51,750 bases of DNA. Origin: Nitrosomonadaceae bacterium. Its GTDB lineage: Bacteria > Pseudomonadota > Gammaproteobacteria > Burkholderiales > Usitatibacteraceae. The notes below the pieces were generated by a model. The model was not told where the DNA came from. It did not search any database and worked only from the letters and a program-made list of their open reading frames with translations. Below are positions 25,859 to 36,585 of the stretch, piece by piece. The stretch spans positions 1-51,750 of the forward strand of contig JAJTHU010000035.1 in NCBI GenBank assembly GCA_021300055.1. Direction: 5' to 3'. Both the position numbers and the translations under genes were made by a program. Position 1 is the first letter of the stretch, and each line of letters begins with the position of its first letter.

Positions 25859-28800
25859 CTAGCCCACCCAGCGGCGGGCGTTGGCGAACATACGTGCCCA
25901 CGGGCTTTGCGATGGTGTTCCCGCCTCGTCTTCAGCGCGCCAGCTAGACGGACGCCAACTCAGGTTGACATTGAGTGTTGCTCGCTCCGGGTGCGGCATC
26001 ATGATCGTGAAACGTCCATCAGTTGTGGTGAACGCGGTCATGCCGAGCGGCGACCCGTTGGGGTTAGCAGGAAAGGCCTCCGTTGGCTTGCCAACGCCAT
26101 CGACAAACTCGGCCGCGCAAAGCCAACGCGCAGCGTCGCGATGCGCGTCGTCGCGAAAAACTGCACGCCCCTCACCATGCGCGGTTGGTACCGGCAGGAT
26201 AGATCCCTCCATGCCCGAGAAGAACATCGACGGCGATTTGCGCAAACGAATCGCTACTGTTCGCGCCTCGTATTGCTCGCTCAGGTTGCGTTCAAAATGC
26301 GGCCAGTTTTCGGCACCGGGAATGATGGACGAAAGGTTCGACATCATTTGGCACCCGTTGCAAACCCCGAGCGCAAACGAATCCGTGCGCGCAAAGAATG
26401 CTGAAAACTGATCACGTGCGTGCGCGTTGAAAAGAATCGACTTCGCCCAGCCTTCGCCTGCACCCAGCACGTCACCATACGAGAAGCCCCCGCACGCAGC
26501 CAAGCCCTTAAAGTCTTCGAGGCGAACGCGACCGGAAAGGATGTCGCTCATGTGTACATCTATGGCTTCAAACCCAGCACGGGTGAAGGCATGCGCCATC
26601 TCCACCTGCCCATTGACGCCCTGCTCGCGCAGAATCGCAACCCGCGGTGGCGTGGCGCGCGACACGTAAGGTGCCGCGACATCTTCGGTTGCGTCGAACA
26701 TCAGTTCTGCAGGCACTGCCGTGATCGCGCCGCCCTTCTGGAGCAAGCCATCGTATTCTTGCTGTGCGGTGTTCGGGTTATCGCGCAGTGCCTGAATGCG
26801 GAAACTTGTCTCACTCCAGGCGCGTTGCAGGTCCGTCCGTGATTCGACAAGCATTGGCTTTGCGCCACGAATCAAGCGTAGCTCATCCGAGTCGTTTGGA
26901 TGTCCCACTCGCGACACCGCCGCGCCCAAGCCTTTGCCGCGGAGCACCTCCATCACGCGAGCTCGCTTCGATGTCTCAATCTGCAGCACCGCACCCAACT
27001 CTTCGTTGAACAACGCCGCTACTGCCGCGGCGTTGGCACCCAACTTAAGCGCCTCTGCGCCTACCTCGTATTCGTCAACATCGGACTCTCGCTCGGCATA
27101 GATGAGCGTGTCCAAATACAGCGTAACGCCGCGGCGGGAGGCAAACATCATCTCAGCCACGCAAGCGGCTAAACCGCCGTCCGAGCGATCGTGATACGCC
27201 AAGATCAATCCTTCATCTGCGAGTTCGCGCACGGCACTAAAGAATTGCAACAGGTCCGTGGCATCGTCAAGGTCAGGGGCAACACCACCTTCAGCGCAAT
27301 ACACTTGAGCCAGCGCCGATGCGCCCATTCGGTTCTTGCCACGACCGAGGTCGACAAGAATCAATTCTGTGTCGAACTCACCAGACAACAGCGGCGTCAG
27401 CGTGCGTGCTGCATTCGGCACCGGAGCGAATGCGGAGACAATCAGCGAGACCGGCGCCACCACGCTTTTTTCGACGCCACCGTCTTGCCAAACTGTCTTC
27501 ATTGACAGGGAATCTTTACCAACAGGAATGCAAATACCGAGGGCGGGACAGAGCTGCATGCCGACCGCTTCGACGGTAGCAAACAGTGCCGCATCCTCAT
27601 TGGCGTGCCCCGCTGCGGCCATCCAATTTGCCGAGAGCTTGATGTCGCTAATACTGCGAACATCTGCGGCGGCAATATTTGTGACGGCTTCACCGATGGC
27701 CATCCTTCCGGAGGCGGGCGCGTCCAACGCGGCTATCGGTGTGCGCTCACCCATCGCCATCGCCTCGCCGCGAAGCGTGCAATAGCCCATCAACGTCACC
27801 GCACAATCGGCTACTGGCACTTGCCACGGGCCGACGAACTGATCGCGCGCCGTCAACCCACCAACGGAACGATCGCCAATCGTGATAAGGAACGACTTAT
27901 CGGCGACCGTTGGCAAGGTGAGTACGCGGTACAACGCATCCTTGAGTTCGATGTCATCCAATACAAACGGCGATTGCGGATGCGCACCACGTACCGCCGT
28001 GCGGTGCATGCGCGGCGGCTTCCCGAGCAGCGCATCCATGTCCATTTCAACCGGCTTGTTCGCGTAGACCGCATCTTCGACGACTAGCTTCTGCTCGGTC
28101 GTGGCACGTCCGAGAACCGCGAATGGGCAGCGTTCGCGCGCACAAATCTGTTCGAAGAGCGGCAAGGACGACTCGCTGATCGCAAGCATGTAGCGCTCTT
28201 GAGACTCGTTAGACCAGATCTCACGCGGACTCATGCCGGGCTCCAGAGACGGCAGTGCGCGCAAATCGACCAATGCACCAACTCCACCACCGTGCGCCAG
28301 TTCCGGCAAGGCGTTGGAAATGCCGCCCGCGCCGACGTCGTGTATGGACAGAATCGGATTTCGCGCACCAAGTTGCCAGCAGGCATCGATTACCTCTTGG
28401 CAACGGCGCTGCATCTCAGCGTTGGCGCGCTGGACGGAATCGAAATCTAAGGCCTCAACGTTAGTGCCCGAGCTCATCGATGAGGCAGCGCCTCCGCCGA
28501 GACCAATTCTCATTCCTGGTCCACCGAGCTGCACTAGCAAGTCGCCCGGGGATAAGTCGCGTTTTTGGGTGTGCTCAGCAGAAATGTTGCCAAGCCCACC
28601 TGCAATCATGATTGGCTTGTGATAGCCCCGCACCTGCCCGTTGATGCGTTGCTCAAAGGTTCGAAAGTAACCACACAGATTGATACGGCCAAACTCATTG
28701 TTGAATGCTGCGCCACCGATCGGCCCTTCGATCATGATCTCCAAGGGTGAGGCCATGCGCGATGGCTTGCCATAAGGCGTCTCCCAAGGGCGCTCATAGC

Positions 28801-29863
28801 CGGGAATCTGCAGGTTAGACACGGAAAAGCCTGTGAGGCCTGCCTTTGGTTTGGCGCCGCGTCCGGTCGCACCCTCATCGCGAATCTCGCCGCCCGAACC
28901 GGTCGCTGCGCCCGGCCAAGGTGCAATCGCAGTCGGGTGGTTGTGTGTCTCGACCTTCATGAGAATGTGGGTCTCTTGCTCATGAAAGGAATAACGATGC
29001 GCAGCGTCAGGGAAAAAGCGTTGGATCTGCGCGCCTTCAATCACAGAGGAATTGTCCGAGTACGCAACCACGGTTCCTTGCGGAGACTGTTGGTGTGTGT
29101 TGCGAATCATGCCAAATAGCGAGTGCGGCCTGTCCACGCCATCGATCGTCCACCGAGCATTGAAAATCTTGTGTCGGCAATGCTCGGAGTTGGCTTGCGC
29201 AAACATCATCAGCTCGACGTCGGTCGGATCTCTGCGGATGCGCGTGAAGTAAGCGACGAGGTACTCTATTTCGTCAGCGGACATTGCCAGACCCAACTCA
29301 ACGTTGGCTCTTCGCAATGCAGCAATACCCTGTTCCAGTACACGTACCGTGGTTAGTGGTTGCGGCATGTGCTGCGCAAACAACTCGGCGCCAGAGAAAT
29401 CTGACGGCGCCACACTCTCGGTCATGCGGTCGTGAATCGACGCCGCTACTGCAGTGCGTGCATCCGCGCTCAGTTCGTTCCAGTTACCGACTGAAACAGC
29501 CACACCGCGTTCAATACGCACGACAGCGTCGAGCCCACAGTTGTTGGCAATGTCGGTTGCTTTTGACGACCAGGGCGAAACCGTGCCGATGCGCGGCACG
29601 ACAAAGAAGGAAACTGGTGGCTGCTCACCCGGCGCACTTGTACCGTAACTCAACAACCCTTGAAGCGCGCGGTGCTGCGCATCATCCAGCGGGCGCGAAA
29701 GCGCCACAAAGTGGGCGAACTCTGCAGCGAGACCTTCCACCGCAACGCCTTGGCTTTGGAGAGTTCGCTGAAGTTTCTCGACCCGAAAATCAGAGAGCGC
29801 ATTGCATCCGCGCAACCGCACGTGTGCCGCGATCGGTTGGTTAGGGGCTGGCTGGAGACGCAT
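25859..29863 (-). CDS. purL: phosphoribosylformylglycinamidine synthase (large single-chain PurL)
   Basis: Full-length FGAM synthase: N-terminal ALSDFR, ATP-binding sites, and a C-terminal glutaminase with GVCNGCQM and PHPER. Start placed at ATG 29863 because a TATAAT (29940-29945, minus strand) sits immediately upstream of the ORF-track TTG start at 29938. Confidence 0.93.
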   Translation of the reverse strand: MRLQPAPNQPIAAHVRLRGCNALSDFRVEKLQRTLQSQGVAVEGLAAEFAHFVALSRPLDDAQHRALQGLLSYGTSAPGEQPPVSFFVVPRIGTVSPWSSKATDIANNCGLDAVVRIERGVAVSVGNWNELSADARTAVAASIHDRMTESVAPSDFSGAELFAQHMPQPLTTVRVLEQGIAALRRANVELGLAMSADEIEYLVAYFTRIRRDPTDVELMMFAQANSEHCRHKIFNARWTIDGVDRPHSLFGMIRNTHQQSPQGTVVAYSDNSSVIEGAQIQRFFPDAAHRYSFHEQETHILMKVETHNHPTAIAPWPGAATGSGGEIRDEGATGRGAKPKAGLTGFSVSNLQIPGYERPWETPYGKPSRMASPLEIMIEGPIGGAAFNNEFGRINLCGYFRTFEQRINGQVRGYHKPIMIAGGLGNISAEHTQKRDLSPGDLLVQLGGPGMRIGLGGGAASSMSSGTNVEALDFDSVQRANAEMQRRCQEVIDACWQLGARNPILSIHDVGAGGISNALPELAHGGGVGALVDLRALPSLEPGMSPREIWSNESQERYMLAISESSLPLFEQICARERCPFAVLGRATTEQKLVVEDAVYANKPVEMDMDALLGKPPRMHRTAVRGAHPQSPFVLDDIELKDALYRVLTLPTVADKSFLITIGDRSVGGLTARDQFVGPWQVPVADCAVTLMGYCTLRGEAMAMGERTPIAALDAPASGRMAIGEAVTNIAAADVRSISDIKLSANWMAAAGHANEDAALFATVEAVGMQLCPALGICIPVGKDSLSMKTVWQDGGVEKSVVAPVSLIVSAFAPVPNAARTLTPLLSGEFDTELILVDLGRGKNRMGASALAQVYCAEGGVAPDLDDATDLLQFFSAVRELADEGLILAYHDRSDGGLAACVAEMMFASRRGVTLYLDTLIYAERESDVDEYEVGAEALKLGANAAAVAALFNEELGAVLQIETSKRARVMEVLRGKGLGAAVSRVGHPNDSDELRLIRGAKPMLVESRTDLQRAWSETSFRIQALRDNPNTAQQEYDGLLQKGGAITAVPAELMFDATEDVAAPYVSRATPPRVAILREQGVNGQVEMAHAFTRAGFEAIDVHMSDILSGRVRLEDFKGLAACGGFSYGDVLGAGEGWAKSILFNAHARDQFSAFFARTDSFALGVCNGCQMMSNLSSIIPGAENWPHFERNLSEQYEARTVAIRLRKSPSMFFSGMEGSILPVPTAHGEGRAVFRDDAHRDAARWLCAAEFVDGVGKPTEAFPANPNGSPLGMTAFTTTDGRFTIMMPHPERATLNVNLSWRPSSWRAEDEAGTPSQSPWARMFANARRWVG

Positions 29864-30003
29864 GGATTTGGGCGGGGATTCCCGCAAAAAAGACGGTGGC
29901 TGTTGACCGCGACGTTGCGTCGCGAGCGGGTAAGTCAAGATTATAGCGACGCGGGCTTAGCCAGACCGAGACTCGTCCCAAACCGCCCAATCGCCGACGA
30001 TCG

Positions 30004-30531
30004 CTATCCGCCGTGTCTGAGCAATACCCTCACCTGCCGATAGGCCTCGGCGTCTACCGCGTCTGGCCAAACCGCTAGGATTCGCGGCAGATAACGCCGC
30101 CAGGCGGGATCGGCATCCTGACGATAGGCAACACTGGTGAAGTAAACCGACACATAGGTTTGCGGAAGAACCTGCGCCGTCGTCTCGATACCGATAGTCT
30201 GCCCTGCGGCTGGTCGCTGACGCAGATCGATGAGCAAGTCATCACCACGCCTCAGCTGCGCTGCCCCGGCCACGACCGCAGGCGCGGTGTCCGCAACAAT
30301 CCGACGAACGCGGAACGCAATCACAGCACCGCGGTGCTTCTGCAAAACCTGATAGACATCGACAACTGTGACGAGCAGCAATACACAAAGCAGGCCGAGA
30401 CGGACGGCTTGTGAAAGGTCGAGCAAAAACAACACCAGTGCAGCCGCGAGCGGGAGTGCGAGCGTCAAGAAGAGGCTGGTCTTGGAAGGGCGCAGCGAGA
30501 CCCAATCTGTTTCAACACTATCTGAAGCCAT
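30004..30531 (-). CDS. YgfX/CptA-like inner-membrane protein (DUF1434-like), 175 aa
   Basis: Two adjacent TM helices follow an N-terminal L-R-P-S segment, then a basic linker (VYQVLQKHRG). The C-terminal LAVWPDAVDAEAYRQVRVLLR resembles the E. coli YgfX ending LWLAADSMDEAEWRDLRRILL. It is divergent from ygfZ, as in E. coli. Alignment was by eye only. Confidence 0.5.
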   Translation of the reverse strand: MASDSVETDWVSLRPSKTSLFLTLALPLAAALVLFLLDLSQAVRLGLLCVLLLVTVVDVYQVLQKHRGAVIAFRVRRIVADTAPAVVAGAAQLRRGDDLLIDLRQRPAAGQTIGIETTAQVLPQTYVSVYFTSVAYRQDADPAWRRYLPRILAVWPDAVDAEAYRQVRVLLRHGG

Positions 30532-30683
30532 GTCGGTCGATCAGCGAAACTTCACCAAGAAATTATCCGCGCTAGGTTTGTGCTCGAAACGCACCCGATC
30601 AATAAACCCAACTACGAGGGCCATAGTCGTAGCGTGGATAATACTGGCTCAGCATCGCACAAACACAAAACACTTCCCCAACC

Positions 30684-31712
30684 ATGCAGTCTTGGATCGA
30701 TTTCTTAACGTCTCAACACGCCACCTTCTCTGCTGGGAGGGTCACTGGTTTTGGCGAAGCAACCGCAATGAACACGGCTCCGACGGCAGGCACGCATGGC
30801 TCACGCTTGTGTGACCTCAGCCATTACGGCTTGATCAGCGTCAGCGGACCCGATGCGGCCAGTTTTCTACACGCACAATTCACCAATGATGTGGCCAACC
30901 TAGCGGATGGTCACGCCCAATGGAATAGTTGGTGCTCTCCTAAAGGCCGAATGCTTGCCAGCTTCCTGCTTTGGCATATTGGCGACACGTACTCGATGAT
31001 GCTGCCGCGCGCTATCCAAGCCGCCATCCAGAAGCGCTTGGGGATGTTTGTGCTGCGGGCAAAGGTATCGATAGCCGACCAGTCAGACAGCCTCGTTCGA
31101 ATCGGCTTAGTATCGCTCGCACCAGCTGTAACGCGAAAACTGGGCGTGATCGAACCGGCGCCCGACGGAGGATTGCGCATCTCGGCCTCAGGCTCTTGCG
31201 ACCTCTTTTTGGCTCCCGTCGAAGTCGCACCGACGAACTGGCGCGCGCTCGCCGCACAAGCAGCGCCGAGCGGCGCCGATGTTTGGGATCTCGGGCTCAT
31301 TCGCGATGGCATCGCCGAAGTGCGCGCCGAAACGCAGGATCGATTCGTGCCCCAAGCGGCCAACTATGAATTGATCGGCGGTGTTAGCTTCAAAAAGGGC
31401 TGCTACCCCGGGCAGGAAATCGTGGCGCGGACACAGTATCGTGGCATCTTGAAGCGTCGCATGGTCAGAGCCAAGGTTCCTCACGGATTCACCTTGCGCG
31501 CGGGCGATGCCGTCTATAGCCCGCTGTTCCCTGAGCAGGCGGTCGGCGACGTCGTATCGGCAGCGATGTTGAGCGACACTCAAGAAGTTTTATTGGTTGC
31601 GCAGCTCGACGCGATCCGTGGCGACAGCCTTTACGCTGAGGCAGCGTGTGGTGACCTGAGTAAGCTTATGCAGCTTCCGCTGCCCTACAGCCTGCCATCT
31701 GACGCGAACTAG
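30684..31712 (+). CDS. ygfZ: folate-binding Fe-S cluster repair / tRNA-modification protein YgfZ
   Basis: GcvT-like fold with the signature KGCYPGQEIVARTQYRG. Confidence 0.85.
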   Translation: MQSWIDFLTSQHATFSAGRVTGFGEATAMNTAPTAGTHGSRLCDLSHYGLISVSGPDAASFLHAQFTNDVANLADGHAQWNSWCSPKGRMLASFLLWHIGDTYSMMLPRAIQAAIQKRLGMFVLRAKVSIADQSDSLVRIGLVSLAPAVTRKLGVIEPAPDGGLRISASGSCDLFLAPVEVAPTNWRALAAQAAPSGADVWDLGLIRDGIAEVRAETQDRFVPQAANYELIGGVSFKKGCYPGQEIVARTQYRGILKRRMVRAKVPHGFTLRAGDAVYSPLFPEQAVGDVVSAAMLSDTQEVLLVAQLDAIRGDSLYAEAACGDLSKLMQLPLPYSLPSDAN

Positions 31713-31724
31713 ATCGATTTGGAC

Positions 31725-32174
31725 TTACAAGTCGCGGCGCATCTCCTGGTGCGGAATGCCGGCCTCCGCAAATTCTCGACCATGCGATAGGAAGCCTTGC
31801 TTGTAGTAGAACGGTGTCGCATGTGATTGCGAGTGCAGTCGCACTTGGGTAAAGCCACGCTGCTTTGCCAATGCGCACAATGACTCCAGGATCTCTTTGC
31901 CTACACCCTGCCCGCGCCATGCACGCAGGACAGCCATTCGCCCGATGCGTGGGACCGGCGACTCCAAGATGAGACGACCTGTGCCAATGACATTGCCATT
32001 GGCGTCTAGCGCCATGCTATGTAGCACCCGAGACTCATCGGCGTCGGCGGCATCAAGTTCCATTTCGGGCGGAACGCCCTGCTCTCTGACAAAGACGGTG
32101 AATCTGAGTTGTGAGAGGGCGGCATGATGTTCTGCCCAGGAAGCTTGTACAACACGAAACGATTGCGGTGGCAT
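31725..32174 (-). CDS. GNAT-family N-acetyltransferase
   Basis: Acetyl-CoA motif A (IGRMAVLRAWRGQGVGKEIL) and a C-terminal FY.K.GF. Start placed at MPPQSF (32174); the ORF track extends to 32282. Confidence 0.75.
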   Translation of the reverse strand: MPPQSFRVVQASWAEHHAALSQLRFTVFVREQGVPPEMELDAADADESRVLHSMALDANGNVIGTGRLILESPVPRIGRMAVLRAWRGQGVGKEILESLCALAKQRGFTQVRLHSQSHATPFYYKQGFLSHGREFAEAGIPHQEMRRDL

Positions 32175-32311
32175 CGAGATAACTAGAGGCGGATGAGAAG
32201 CCGATAGGCAGTCGAGACAGTTGACGACTCGTGCCTGCCCAGCGGTCGCGTATGTTACCGTCAAAGTTGCTGGCGCAAGCAATGCGATGCATGCGCCGCC
32301 CGGCTCCGGCC

Positions 32312-32860
32312 CTAGTAGCGTGGCTTTGGCTTGGCCGAATCGTAACGCTTGACGCCATCTGTGATGGCGCGCTTTGCTTCAGTCACGCCGAGCCACTTTT
32401 CAACCTTCACCCATTTGCGCGGCTCGAGGTCTTTGTAGTGCTCAAAGAAGTGCGCAATTTGCCGCAACTGCAACTCGGGCAAGTCCTTCACACTCTTGAC
32501 GTCCTTGTAGATGGGCGTGAGTTTATCAATCGGTACTGCGAGCAATTTTTCATCGCCACCAGCCTCGTCGGTCATGCGCAGCATGCCCAATGGGCGGCAG
32601 CGAACCACGACGCCGTGAATCAACGGAAACGGCGTGATAACGAGTACATCCACTGGATCACCATCGTCAGACAGCGTATGGGGGATGTAGCCGTAGTTGC
32701 ACGGGTAGTGCATCGCCGTCGACATGAAACGATCGATGAACAACGCACCGGTTTCTTTGTCCAATTCGTACTTTATGGGATCGCCGTTCATCGGAATTTC
32801 GATGACGACATTGACCTCGTTAGGCACATCGCGGCCAGCATCGACGCGGTCGAGATTCAT
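32312..32860 (-). CDS. ppa: inorganic pyrophosphatase (family I)
   Basis: [35 protein letters not shown]. Confidence 0.95.
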   Translation of the reverse strand: MNLDRVDAGRDVPNEVNVVIEIPMNGDPIKYELDKETGALFIDRFMSTAMHYPCNYGYIPHTLSDDGDPVDVLVITPFPLIHGVVVRCRPLGMLRMTDEAGGDEKLLAVPIDKLTPIYKDVKSVKDLPELQLRQIAHFFEHYKDLEPRKWVKVEKWLGVTEAKRAITDGVKRYDSAKPKPRY

Positions 32861-33173
32861 GAGGAATTACTCCTTGGGAGGTTTGTAGGGATTGGCGCAA
32901 ATCTGGAAGAAGCTTGAAAACGGCCTGGGAGGGGGCTTCTCAAAACCCAATTATTGCTATAGCCTTTAGCCGGGGGCGTGCCTCCCACAATCTAGTGCGG
33001 CAGCAGCAGGCATCTGCAGTTCGCACCGTGATCGTGGGCAACACTGATAAACACATTATCGCCGCTGTTGAGTCTGGGCGAAGCAGCATCCCCAAGGCAG
33101 TCGAATTCGAGCGATTAGTCGTGACTTTTTTCAAGGAAACCCAGTGCAATCGCATCACTATTCCCGAAGAAAG

Positions 33174-33842
33174 ATGGATACCGCTGCGGCGGGCGCAAAA
33201 CAAGCCACCGGCGCTGCTGTTGAGGCGCTTCGCGAGCCCGCGTTCTCGATTTACTCCGATGAAGCCAAACGCTTCCCGCTCATCCTGACGCTTGACCAAA
33301 ACGGTGTTCCACACCGATGGATTACTTGGCAGCACGCTGTCTGGTACTACGCAAAAGAGCGAATCGCTTGGGAAACAGGCTCCACGGCGTTCACCGTAAG
33401 CGGCGGCAAATGCCGCGAAACCGGCGAAGTCTCTTCGGTCTCCGCCTCCTCGATCATCGCCATTCGGGGCAAAGCGATGGCGATGAAAGGGTTCGATCAG
33501 GTCCCCCCGCTCAACAACCGCGAGCTGTTCCACCGCGACCGACATGTGTGCGCGTATTGCGGCGGCTTGTTCAGCCACGCAAAGCTGACACGCGATCACA
33601 TCGTACCTTATTCACGACGTGGGCAGGATACGTGGATGAACGTCGTCACCGCATGTCGCAGCTGCAATGAACGCAAAGGCAATCGCCTGCTTGAAGAAGC
33701 GCATATGCAGTTGCTCTACGCCCCCTACGTGCCAAATCGCGCAGAATTTCTCATTCTGGCGAATCGTCGTATCTTGGTCGACCAGATGGAATTTCTCAAG
33801 CAGCACGTCGCTGCGCAAAGCAGGGTGCACCTCCCTGCTTAG
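33174..33842 (+). CDS. HNH endonuclease-domain protein
   Basis: HRDRHVCAYCGG....LTRDHIVPYSRRG.DTWMNVVTACRSCNERKGN is a classic HNH/CCHH finger, preceded by an uncharacterised N-terminal region of about 100 aa. Start is ATG 33174 (purine-rich AAGAAAG upstream) or GTG 33144. Confidence 0.75.
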   Translation: MDTAAAGAKQATGAAVEALREPAFSIYSDEAKRFPLILTLDQNGVPHRWITWQHAVWYYAKERIAWETGSTAFTVSGGKCRETGEVSSVSASSIIAIRGKAMAMKGFDQVPPLNNRELFHRDRHVCAYCGGLFSHAKLTRDHIVPYSRRGQDTWMNVVTACRSCNERKGNRLLEEAHMQLLYAPYVPNRAEFLILANRRILVDQMEFLKQHVAAQSRVHLPA

Positions 33843-33850
33843 ACACGCGG

Positions 33851-34891
33851 CTACTGACGCTCCAGTAGCATCGCATCTCCATAGCTGAAGAACCGGTAGC
33901 GTTGCTCAACCGCATGAGCGTAGGCGCGCATGATGTTTTCGCGCCCCGAAAATGCCGACACCAACATCATCAGCGTTGACTTGGGCAAATGGAAGTTGGT
34001 GATGAGCCGCTCAACAGTCTGGAATCGGTAGCCCGGTGTGATGAACAGCTGGGTCTCACTGGCACCCGCAACCAACGTTCCATTCTGTGACGCCGCTTCC
34101 AACGTCCGCATGCTCGTCGTGCCTACCGCGACCACCCGTCCACCACGCGCCTTGACGAGTTTGATCGCGTCAACGGTCTCAGCGGGGACGTTGAACCATT
34201 CAGCGTGCATGACGTGTTTGGATACGTCCTCGTCACGAACCGGGCGGAAGGTTCCAGAGCCGACGTGCAGCGTGACATAGGCAAGCATCACACCCTTATC
34301 GCGCAACTGCTGAAGAATGGTCTCATCAAAATGTAGCCCCGCAGTCGGCGCAGCGACCGACCCTTCGTGCTTCGCATAAACCGTCTGGTAGCGGCTTTCG
34401 TCGTCACTGTCGGCGCCGTGGCGGATATAGGGCGGAAGCGGCACCTCACCGATGCGCTCCAACACTTCGTACACGCTGGCCGCGCCAAAAAATTCGAGCA
34501 AAAACAAATCGTCAGCGCGCTCCAGCATTTCTGCCGTGATGCCGTTGGCAAACGTCATGCGCGAGCCGGGTTGAGGTGACTTGGAAGCACGCAGATGTAC
34601 GAGTGCGCGCATCGAACGGCCTTCGCTGGGCGCGAGGATTCGCTCGACGAGAATCTCAACAGCACCGCCGGTCTCTTTATTTCCGTGCAGCCGCGCCTTG
34701 ATAACCTTAGTGTCATTAAAGACAACGATGTCTCGCGAGTCGATGAGGTCAACAATGTCCGCGAAGCGTCGATCGACAAACGCCCCCATCTTGCCGTCGA
34801 CGTGCAGTAGTCGGCTAGCACTGCGCTCGGCCGCAGGATGCTGTGCAATCAACTCTTCAGGCAGGTGGTAATCAAAATCGGACAGTTGCAT
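33851..34891 (-). CDS. queA: S-adenosylmethionine:tRNA ribosyltransferase-isomerase
   Basis: [43 protein letters not shown]. Confidence 0.95.
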   Translation of the reverse strand: MQLSDFDYHLPEELIAQHPAAERSASRLLHVDGKMGAFVDRRFADIVDLIDSRDIVVFNDTKVIKARLHGNKETGGAVEILVERILAPSEGRSMRALVHLRASKSPQPGSRMTFANGITAEMLERADDLFLLEFFGAASVYEVLERIGEVPLPPYIRHGADSDDESRYQTVYAKHEGSVAAPTAGLHFDETILQQLRDKGVMLAYVTLHVGSGTFRPVRDEDVSKHVMHAEWFNVPAETVDAIKLVKARGGRVVAVGTTSMRTLEAASQNGTLVAGASETQLFITPGYRFQTVERLITNFHLPKSTLMMLVSAFSGRENIMRAYAHAVEQRYRFFSYGDAMLLERQ

Positions 34892-34938
34892 GTTCGCCGA
34901 GGAAATAAGTGCGCATGATCAGGAAGCGCATAAAGACC

Positions 34939-34961
34939 AAAGCCCGCGGTGAGCGGGCTTT
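34939..34961 (-). terminator. Hairpin terminator downstream of tRNA-Leu
   Basis: AAAGCCCGC-GGTGA-GCGGGCTTT has a perfect 9-bp stem. On the minus strand it is followed by GGTCTTTAT. Confidence 0.6.
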
Positions 34962-35002
34962 GATGAAACAACAGTCCGCGCGAGGCGGGCTTTACGAAAA
35001 GG

Positions 35003-35089
35003 TGGTGCCGGGAGCCGGAATCGAACCGGCACGGTATCGCTACCGCTGGATTTTGAGTCCAGTGCGTCTACCAGTTCCGCCATCCCGGC
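35003..35089 (-). tRNA. tRNA-Leu (anticodon CAA), 87 nt, CCA encoded
   Basis: Minus-strand sequence is GCCGGGAUGGCGGAACUGGUAGACGCACUGGACUCAAAAUCCAGCGGUAGCGAUACCGUGCCGGUUCGAUUCCGGCUCCCGGCACCA. It folds by hand into a cloverleaf: 7-bp acceptor stem, anticodon loop CU-CAA-AA, long variable arm, and GUUCGAUUC T-loop. Confidence 0.92.
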
Positions 35090-35342
35090 AACAGGGTGCT
35101 GCACAAGCAAAACGGTAGGCGCGCATTATAGCCGATGCGGGCTCCTTCCGGAGAACTATGCCGGCCCCGGGAGATACGGCGGCAAGCCCACACTCCAGCC
35201 CAGTTTGAGCAGACAGACCAGCTCAGAGTTGCGCTTCCGTTGGCGCCAAATCTAGGCAGGTCACGCCACCAAAACGGCCTTTTGCCGCAAGATCGCGCGG
35301 TTGGCTAGAGGGGTTCTCCTATAATTCGCTCTCCTCGCACCG

Positions 35343-36569
35343 TTGAGAGTTACCGTGGCTACAGACCTTTCCAAGCTTTCCATCGATCGATCGCAAAAGG
35401 CTTTTGCAAGCGGCAAACGGAGCCGCCGCAAGTGGTGGATTGGGGGCGCGGTCATCGTTGTGGTCGCCATTGCCGCAGTCGCCCTGCGCGGAGGCAATCG
35501 TCCCATCTCTGCCGAATTAGGCACGGTGGCGTCAGCCTATCCCTCACAAGCCATCACCGCGCTGAATGCGACTGGACGCGTTACCGCGTTTCGCAAGGCA
35601 GCTGTGTCAACGAAAGCCACAGGCAAGCTCGAGTACCTAGGGGTGCAAGAAGGCTCAATCGTCAAAGCGGGACAGGTGATCGCGCGCATCGAGAACAAGG
35701 ATGTCAGCGCCACGCGTGACCAAGCGGCGGCGAACCTGCGCGCGGCGAAAGCAAATCTGGAACAGGGCCTCGCCGAAATGCGCGATGCGCAATCAAACCT
35801 CAAGCGCTCAGAAGACTTAGCCCGCAAGAACTTCATCTCAGAGGCTCAACTCGATACCGCCAAGGCCCGCTTTGATCGTGCACGCGCGTCGGTTGCCGCG
35901 CTCAATGGCCAGATTGGCGTGGCGGAGGCCAACGTGCGTGCCGCCGACGTTGCAGTCGAGCAAGCCGTTATCCGTGCGCCATTTGATGGTGTGATCCTCA
36001 CCAAAAATGCCAACGTAGGCGACATCATTACGCCGTTCTCATCTGCCGCAGATTCGAAAGGTGCAGTCGTCAATATCGCTGATATGTCGACCCTCGAAGT
36101 TGAAGCTGACGTATCAGAGAATAGCCTCAGCAAAATCACGGTCGATATGCCCGTCGAGATTCAACTCGACGCGTTCCCGGATCTGCGCTTGCTCGGTCGG
36201 GTGAGCCGCATCGTACCCACGGTCGATCGCTCGAAGGCAACTGTATTGGTGAAGATCGAGTTCGTCGAGAAAGACAAACGCGTGCTCCCAGACATGAGTG
36301 CCAAAGTCGCATTCCTCTCGCGGGCACTAGCCGCTGAAGAACGCAAGCCAGTCACCGCCATCCAGCCTGCCGCCGTGGTGAAGCGCGATGGCAAGGATGT
36401 CGTGTTCGTCGTCGACGAGAAGAGCACCACCAAGTTGGTTCCAGTTACCGTCGGCGACAAGATTGGTGACTTGGTGCGCGTCGCTGGGGTCAAGCCAGGC
36501 GACAAGGTTGTATTGCGGCCAGACGATAAGCTGCGCGACGGTAGCATCATCGCTGCAGCGAAGAAATAA
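35343..36569 (+). CDS. efflux transporter periplasmic adaptor subunit (HlyD/MFP, MacA-like)
   Basis: N-terminal TM anchor, coiled coil (ANLEQGLAEMRDAQSNLKRSEDL...), IRAPFDGVI and beta-barrel motifs. Start is TTG 35343 or GTG 35355. A TATAAT lies at 35320-35325. Confidence 0.8.
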   Translation: MRVTVATDLSKLSIDRSQKAFASGKRSRRKWWIGGAVIVVVAIAAVALRGGNRPISAELGTVASAYPSQAITALNATGRVTAFRKAAVSTKATGKLEYLGVQEGSIVKAGQVIARIENKDVSATRDQAAANLRAAKANLEQGLAEMRDAQSNLKRSEDLARKNFISEAQLDTAKARFDRARASVAALNGQIGVAEANVRAADVAVEQAVIRAPFDGVILTKNANVGDIITPFSSAADSKGAVVNIADMSTLEVEADVSENSLSKITVDMPVEIQLDAFPDLRLLGRVSRIVPTVDRSKATVLVKIEFVEKDKRVLPDMSAKVAFLSRALAAEERKPVTAIQPAAVVKRDGKDVVFVVDEKSTTKLVPVTVGDKIGDLVRVAGVKPGDKVVLRPDDKLRDGSIIAAAKK

Positions 36570-36585
36570 CCAGCGGAAGCCTGCT

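Noticed and set aside
29864-29938. ORF-track 5' extensions: purL to TTG 29938, hda to 45068, TonB receptor to 48553, ABC ATPase to 36388, yciB to 23064, adaptor to 1480
   Set aside because: The extensions overlap upstream genes, terminators or a TATAAT box, add non-homologous R/P-rich residues, and are contradicted by alignment with known N-termini or signal peptides.
32231-33599. ORFs 32231-32917 (+, 228 aa) and 32940-33599 (-, 219 aa)
   Set aside because: The first is the shadow of ppa. The second overlaps the HNH gene, which has an unambiguous catalytic motif. Neither has recognisable features.
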